Part shown: piece after piece, positions 34,796 to 40,046 of the stretch | Numbering within the stretch: position 1 is the stretch's first letter | Layout of the letters: every line of letters starts with the position of its first letter | Translations under genes and position numbers: made by a program | Origin: Catajapyx aquilonaris | Taxonomy: Eukaryota | Direction of reading: 5' to 3' | Length of the DNA: 40,046 bases | Assembly (NCBI GenBank): GCA_000934665.2 | Contig: JYFJ02003584.1 | Coordinates: forward strand, 1 to 40,046 | Notes under the pieces: generated by a model | Told to the model about the DNA's origin: nothing | Seen by the model: the letters and a program-made list of their open reading frames with translations, nothing else | Database searches by the model: none

Positions 34796-36045
34796 CAGTA
34801 GGGGAACCTGGGCCACAATGAGACACAAAAATTGTTTGCAATTAAATAAAAGACTAGAAATGAGAGTAGGCACAATTTATATTTCCTGGATATACAGCAC
34901 ATATTGATATGTATGACATAATAAAGAACGCATCAATTCTTCACTCCAAATAAATGTTAATAAATCTAACCTGAGAATCGGGAATATGTCTCATTGTGTC
35001 CTACATGTAGAGGACACAATGAGACAACCACCAGGACACAATGGCACATTGGGATTTAAGTGACGTGGTAGCTAATTTATTATGGATGGCCCCTGGTACC
35101 TTTCCCCCTTAGCACACATTTAGATGTGACAGACCAAACTCAAAGGTCAGGTATGCCTGTTGCCTCTTTGTTTTGCCAAAACAAGTTGGTTTAGGCAATA
35201 CGAGTTTTATAGCCTCTTTGTTAATCACATCTAAATCTGGAATGTCTGGTGTGACGAACTTACCTGCCATTTTCCTACTTATCCGCAAATAGGAAACATC
35301 ATAACTTTCTTCACTTTTCTTCAAAACTTTACCTACATAATAGACAGGAGCTTTGTCTCCAAACTCCACCAAAACATAATCTCCCTCGTCAGCATCTCTC
35401 TCCAACTCTGGAAATTCATTTGATTGTAGTTCCTGCAAATGTCTTTCTGCTACATCGTCCAGGTCCGAACCACTGTCTGAAGGATGGGTGTGCTTCAATG
35501 CCAATTCTTCATCGGAGGAAGATTCTTCGGAACTGTCCCGTTGACTTATGCTCAATTTCTTCCTAGCTGTAGGCCTACTCTGCCTACGTGCCAATATTGG
35601 TCCTGCAGGTCTATTCTTATTTTTTATCTGTTCAAGTGTCCTCTTCTCTGGGGTGTCGGTGGCTACCATACTTTTCCCCTCTCGTCTACCTTTGCGGATG
35701 TTCTTCCTTGGTCCTGCTTTCGGATAACCACGAAAATCTTCAGGACTCTGGAAGGTCTGCACAGCGTCATTTTGAGCAGGTGAAGGAAAAGGCAGTGACT
35801 CACTTGATGTCAGGGGGTTCGGTCTGTCGGTTACGTAACTACACATGAAGTCTTGATCTGTGAAGATGAACTTGTCAAATGGGAAGATTCCAGACTTTTT
35901 GAATCCACTGTTGATGTTCGCAGGACTTATACCCCTTTCATGAGCGATGCCGACGCATGCTGCAACATTGTAAATACTGAAGGTTTGGCCAGGATTGGCC
36001 ATCGTCCAGGAATCCTCGGCAGCATTGTAGAAAGACTGAAAAGAT
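34796..36045 (-). mobile_element. 5'-truncated pogo/Tigger-type DNA transposon (C-terminal transposase ORF 36002-35109 plus 3' end)
   Basis: FQSFYNAAEDSWTMANPG...NINSGFKKSGIFPF...YPKAGPRK...TDTPEK. Terminus CAGTAGGGGAACCTGGG and repeated ACAATGAGACA subterminal motifs; DDE core is missing. Confidence 0.85.
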
Positions 36046-36072
36046 GATATGTGTACAGACCAACAGACATAC

Positions 36073-37680
36073 TGTATTTGAGCTGTATCGACTTGGCAGC
36101 TTCATAGTCGCTGACCAGGTCATCGCACACATGACGAGGGTCGTTGCAGTCAGAATCGAGGAAACATAGAATGTAATGTTTTCTGGATTGCATTGTTCCT
36201 CTGGGATCTCTCACCAGGTACACTATCCTCAGGTTCAAACTATAATGATATGTAATTGTGTAAATGCTGCTCTCCAGGACATTGCAACCGCATGTTGTGA
36301 CTTACTCTGGGTCATCCAGCAGTGTCTTGGCATGGGAAAGAAGAAGTCCAACAACCTTCATTGATTGGAATGGAAACAAGCTGCAGAACTGGTTCGTGTA
36401 ATCAGGATTGGAGCACAATCTAATGTACCTGTCGCATTGTTTCCACAGACGATGGTTCTGCTTAGACGACTGTATTAGATCGTGTACGTAATTCATACCG
36501 CTGCCTAAAAATACAATGTTATCCCATTCTTAAATCAAACACTTCCCTTCAAAAATTCCTCTCCAAATTTAATATGAGTTTCAAAAAAAAAAACTCACAT
36601 AAACTCACCAGTGTAGTTGCAGATGAGCATTTGCTTGATTCCTCTGAGAGTCTCTTGAGATTTCGGTCCATCCCTGATGACCTGCATCCCACCCAGACTG
36701 GCCAAAGGCTCGTAGTAGTAGAAACTGGCAGGGTGGCTGTCCAAAATGTCTCCCAGAAAAGTAGATCCGGATTGCCAGTAGGTGAAAATCACACTTCTGA
36801 TTGGCTGACCTCTTCTGCTCATCATGAGGTCATCCAGTGTTCTGAATGAAGTGTACACGTGTCAGATAATAAATACACAACAAAGTAAATTATATATATC
36901 ATATACCTTCCTGGAGAAAAAGCATACCCTTCCAGTTCCTGTCCATTTAGGCGAATCTGGCTCGTTAAAATGTCATTTAACTTTTCGTCAGGGGATGTCT
37001 TTATTGCTTCCCAATCTTCAGTCTGCAAAACGATCATCAGTTGAAGGAATGTGGAAATTAAATGTAGCTATTGTCTAGCCTCGTTTTAATATAATTATAA
37101 GAATTTGAGGTGCCTTTCGAATGCTTGTAAGTTTCCGATTCAGGTTGTTGATTGCTTCCCTGAATTATTTAAAAAAAATTGCGTGTAGTTAATTAGTGAT
37201 GGATATTTTCAAATGATGCGAAAATAACTGGTTAAAACCTTGAAACCTCGTTTTCAAGGCTCGTTTTCTCGTGGATAATAATATTCAAAGTCCTCGACGG
37301 TCCACACCTCTTCTTTCAGAGCTGGCGGAATCGTCGACACGGGTAAATAGTTGCAGGCCAAGATCACCACAATCACCAACGTCACCACTAATAAGAGGCA
37401 AGCGAAGTACTTCCAGATCACCGAGTTGACACTGCCAAACATATCAGTGACATTAATATGATTATGCCAAGAAAGATTAACCATTGGAATTGAACCAATA
37501 TTAATGCATCCTTGATCTTCACCATGATAGAGTTGCATTTTACTGAATGCGTTTGTCCAAAATATTATTAAAGATAATAATAAATGGATCATTATACAGT
37601 ATAGTGACTTACTTGATGATTTTGGTGCTGGACTGACACATTTTGGACTGGATCCTTCCGATTATGAGACGTGGAGACAT
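36073..37680 (-). pseudogene. Carbohydrate sulfotransferase A3 pseudogene
   Basis: 5-nt deletion near 37262 gives TGA; PSB motif is YWQSGS (R>Q); truncated at QLKY where the transposon remnant begins. Confidence 0.88.
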
Positions 37681-38069
37681 CCTTCGTGCTCTGCATAATA
37701 TGGAATATATTGTCAGAAATATTGTGCGAGCAATATTCCAAGGCTGTATGGAGCACTTGATCACTAACAAAAGCTGGAATGCCAATTGCAGCAGTTGGTG
37801 AATTGCAAAACTGTAATTGGCTGTCTGGCGGAACTATTATTATAATAATAATCCGTCACTGAAAATGATCAATGAAAACAGGTTTATCCGGCTGCAAAAA
37901 CTGAATATACAAAAAAAAAGTTTCGAACAAATATTTCATTCCGATAATGTACAACACGAGATGAAGGTAAAGTGAATGCTTTTTCTATAATCATTGCGGA
38001 TGTCCTTCACCTTGATAGAGTGCTGGTGGTTTCACAGCGTCAAAGTGCTATTTGTCCTAAACATTTTTA

Positions 38070-39557
38070 CTACATGTCCCACTTCATTTCAGTGATTGGA
38101 GTGAATGATATCTGATGACTAAGATTGTCAGCCTTGATGTATCCCCACATGTCCATGGCCTTCCAGCAAATATCCTGGATAGACTGCACCTCCTGGAAGG
38201 TCAGGTCGTTTCTCCAGTGGAAAGCATTCGCCTTGGAGTCTCTGATGGTGGAGCGGAGGTCACCAGAGTTGACCTTTGTGTGGGTGTCCAGGAAGTCTGC
38301 CACCGACGGATGCATATAGAGACCAAGGAACTGGAACAGGTCCGATGTGACATTGTAAGGGTCCAGGCAGAGATCTTCGTATCGAACCACCCTGTCAAAG
38401 AAGAAGAGTGACAGTAGGGATTTTTATCACGTGGTTGACCTCGTGCGATCGGACTGACCTGAACCGATCTGTGTATTGGAGAAGCAGAGTTTTGGCAGCT
38501 TCGTAGTCGCTGAGCAGATCATCGCAGACACGACGATGGTCGTAGCAGTCTGGCTCTGACTGGCACCACCTTAAATGCCTTCTGGACTGCATTGTTCCTC
38601 TGGGATCCCTCACAAGGTACACGACCCTCAGGTTCAATCTGGAATGTCGACATCATGCACAAGTTCTTGCTGTACCAACTCCATCCAACAACTTACTCAG
38701 CGTCATCCAGCAGTGTCTTGGCATGAGAAAGACTGATCCGAACTACCTTCATGGACAGGAAGGGAAAAAGTCTGCAGAACTTGGTCATATCATCTGGACT
38801 TGTGCACATATCTATGTACTCCTCGCATTGTGTCCATAGACGATGGTTGCGCATTAAGAAATCCCAGCCTTTCCTAAGCTGATGTATTCTAGTGCCTGAA
38901 AAATGTACACAGTATAATTATACTTCAGCAGTGTTGTCGATTTATTCGAGACTCTATACGTATTTGGTTGATAAATGGAGCTATAAGAGAGGACAAGAAA
39001 AATTATTATAAAACAAAATGAGACATAATAAATTGATGTACCTGTGTGATTACAGAGAAGGCGTTGCTTCATCAGATGGACAGCCTCTTGAGACATTGGT
39101 CCATTCCTGATGATCTTCACGTGGTCCACGAATTCGACCGTGAGTTCGACCAAAGGCTCGTAGTAATAGAAACTGGCTGGGTGGCTGTTCAAAATGTCTC
39201 CCAGAAATGTGGAACCTGATCTCCAGTAGGTGAAAATCAAACTCTTGATCGGATGGCCACCCTCGCTCATCATCAGATCGTGCAGTGTCCTGAATGAAAC
39301 ACACCATTTGTCGTATAGGCTGACGTGTTTGCGAAATATAAAAAATGCCAAACTCGGACACCATTCATTTATAATCGATACTCTTATGCATCTCAGTAAT
39401 TACCCAAGCAATATTTTTGATCATTATTATCAGATTAAATGGCCTTACGATCCAGGAGAATACACGTATCCATCCAGTTCTTCTTCATTCAAACGCTTCT
39501 GGGCTATTAAAATCTTATCTAAGTTATCGTCCAGAATTGGCCTTATGAATGAGCCAG
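38070..39557 (-). pseudogene. Carbohydrate sulfotransferase B2; catalytic exons open, but the stem exon is broken at ~39557 (5' part lost or outside the window)
   Basis: Near-identical to B1 up to ATGAATGAGCCAG, then unrelated sequence and a LINE. Confidence 0.6.
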
Positions 39558-39702
39558 ACATAGAATTATCACTCTGCAAATTAATAGTGAGAGAATTATT
39601 ATTAGGTGAGGTAAGCTGATTATGAAATAATTTATGTTGCTTTATACAGTAAGTTTAATGGACAATGTTCAACCACACAAAACGGCCATAAAATCAAGAA
39701 AG

Positions 39703-40046
39703 ACAACAACAACAACAACAACATCACGACATTTCCCTATGAGGGGTAGTCAGCAATGAAGGGAGATGCAAGCTAACCCAACATATGAACTAATAAAACT
39801 CATGAGAAAGAACCTAAAAACAACCTGTCCCACCCCCCACCCCTGCCCACCTCAGACATCACCTTATCCTCAGACATATTTACCTATTTACCCATTAATT
39901 AACCTACGCCATTTACACCTATCCAAACAAACAACCCTAGCCTCAGCAACGTCCATGGTCCTATTGACACAAGAACGTCTCGGCTTAACACTAGCAACAC
40001 CCTTAAGACACTGACCCACCTGGTCCAACCATGTCTTCCTAGGCCT
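39703..40046 (-). mobile_element. 3' end of an RTE-clade non-LTR retrotransposon (continues beyond the window)
   Basis: Minus-strand RPRKTWLDQVGQCLK...RRSCVNRTMDVAEARVVCLDRCKWRRLING* (stop 39888-39890), a 3' UTR and a (GTT)n tail. Confidence 0.85.

Noticed and set aside
35927..36238. Apparent sulfotransferase-transposase fusion ORF
   Set aside because: Enters the transposon out of frame and stops early; A3 is already frameshifted upstream.
1..40046. Prokaryotic or phage defence system, operon, rRNA
   Set aside because: Most genes are spliced and the recognised ones have eukaryotic family signatures; no such features seen.

Overview
Gene-dense, intron-containing eukaryotic DNA with many 45-65 nt introns. 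It is very likely arthropod, given a gustatory receptor with TYLVILVQF; nothing prokaryotic was seen. In order: two tandem alpha-1,3-fucosyltransferases, a frameshifted DxD glycosyltransferase-like gene, BolA1, a C2H2 zinc-finger gene, SmE (SNRPE) with a U12-type intron, three apparently paralogous orphan genes (one hosts a complete gustatory receptor antisense in its intron), ZDHHC6, an MPPE1-like metallophosphoesterase, and a ~15 kb mosaic array of carbohydrate sulfotransferases. Interspersed are MITEs, two stacked tRNA-derived SINEs, a pogo/Tigger fragment, an RTE LINE 3' end, perfect palindromes, and a 1.26 kb intronic insertion with a decayed ubiquitin-specific-protease domain. Exon models were assembled by hand from splice signals and reading frames. 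No database search was run, so family names rest on recognised motifs and 'orphan' means only that I do not recognise it.
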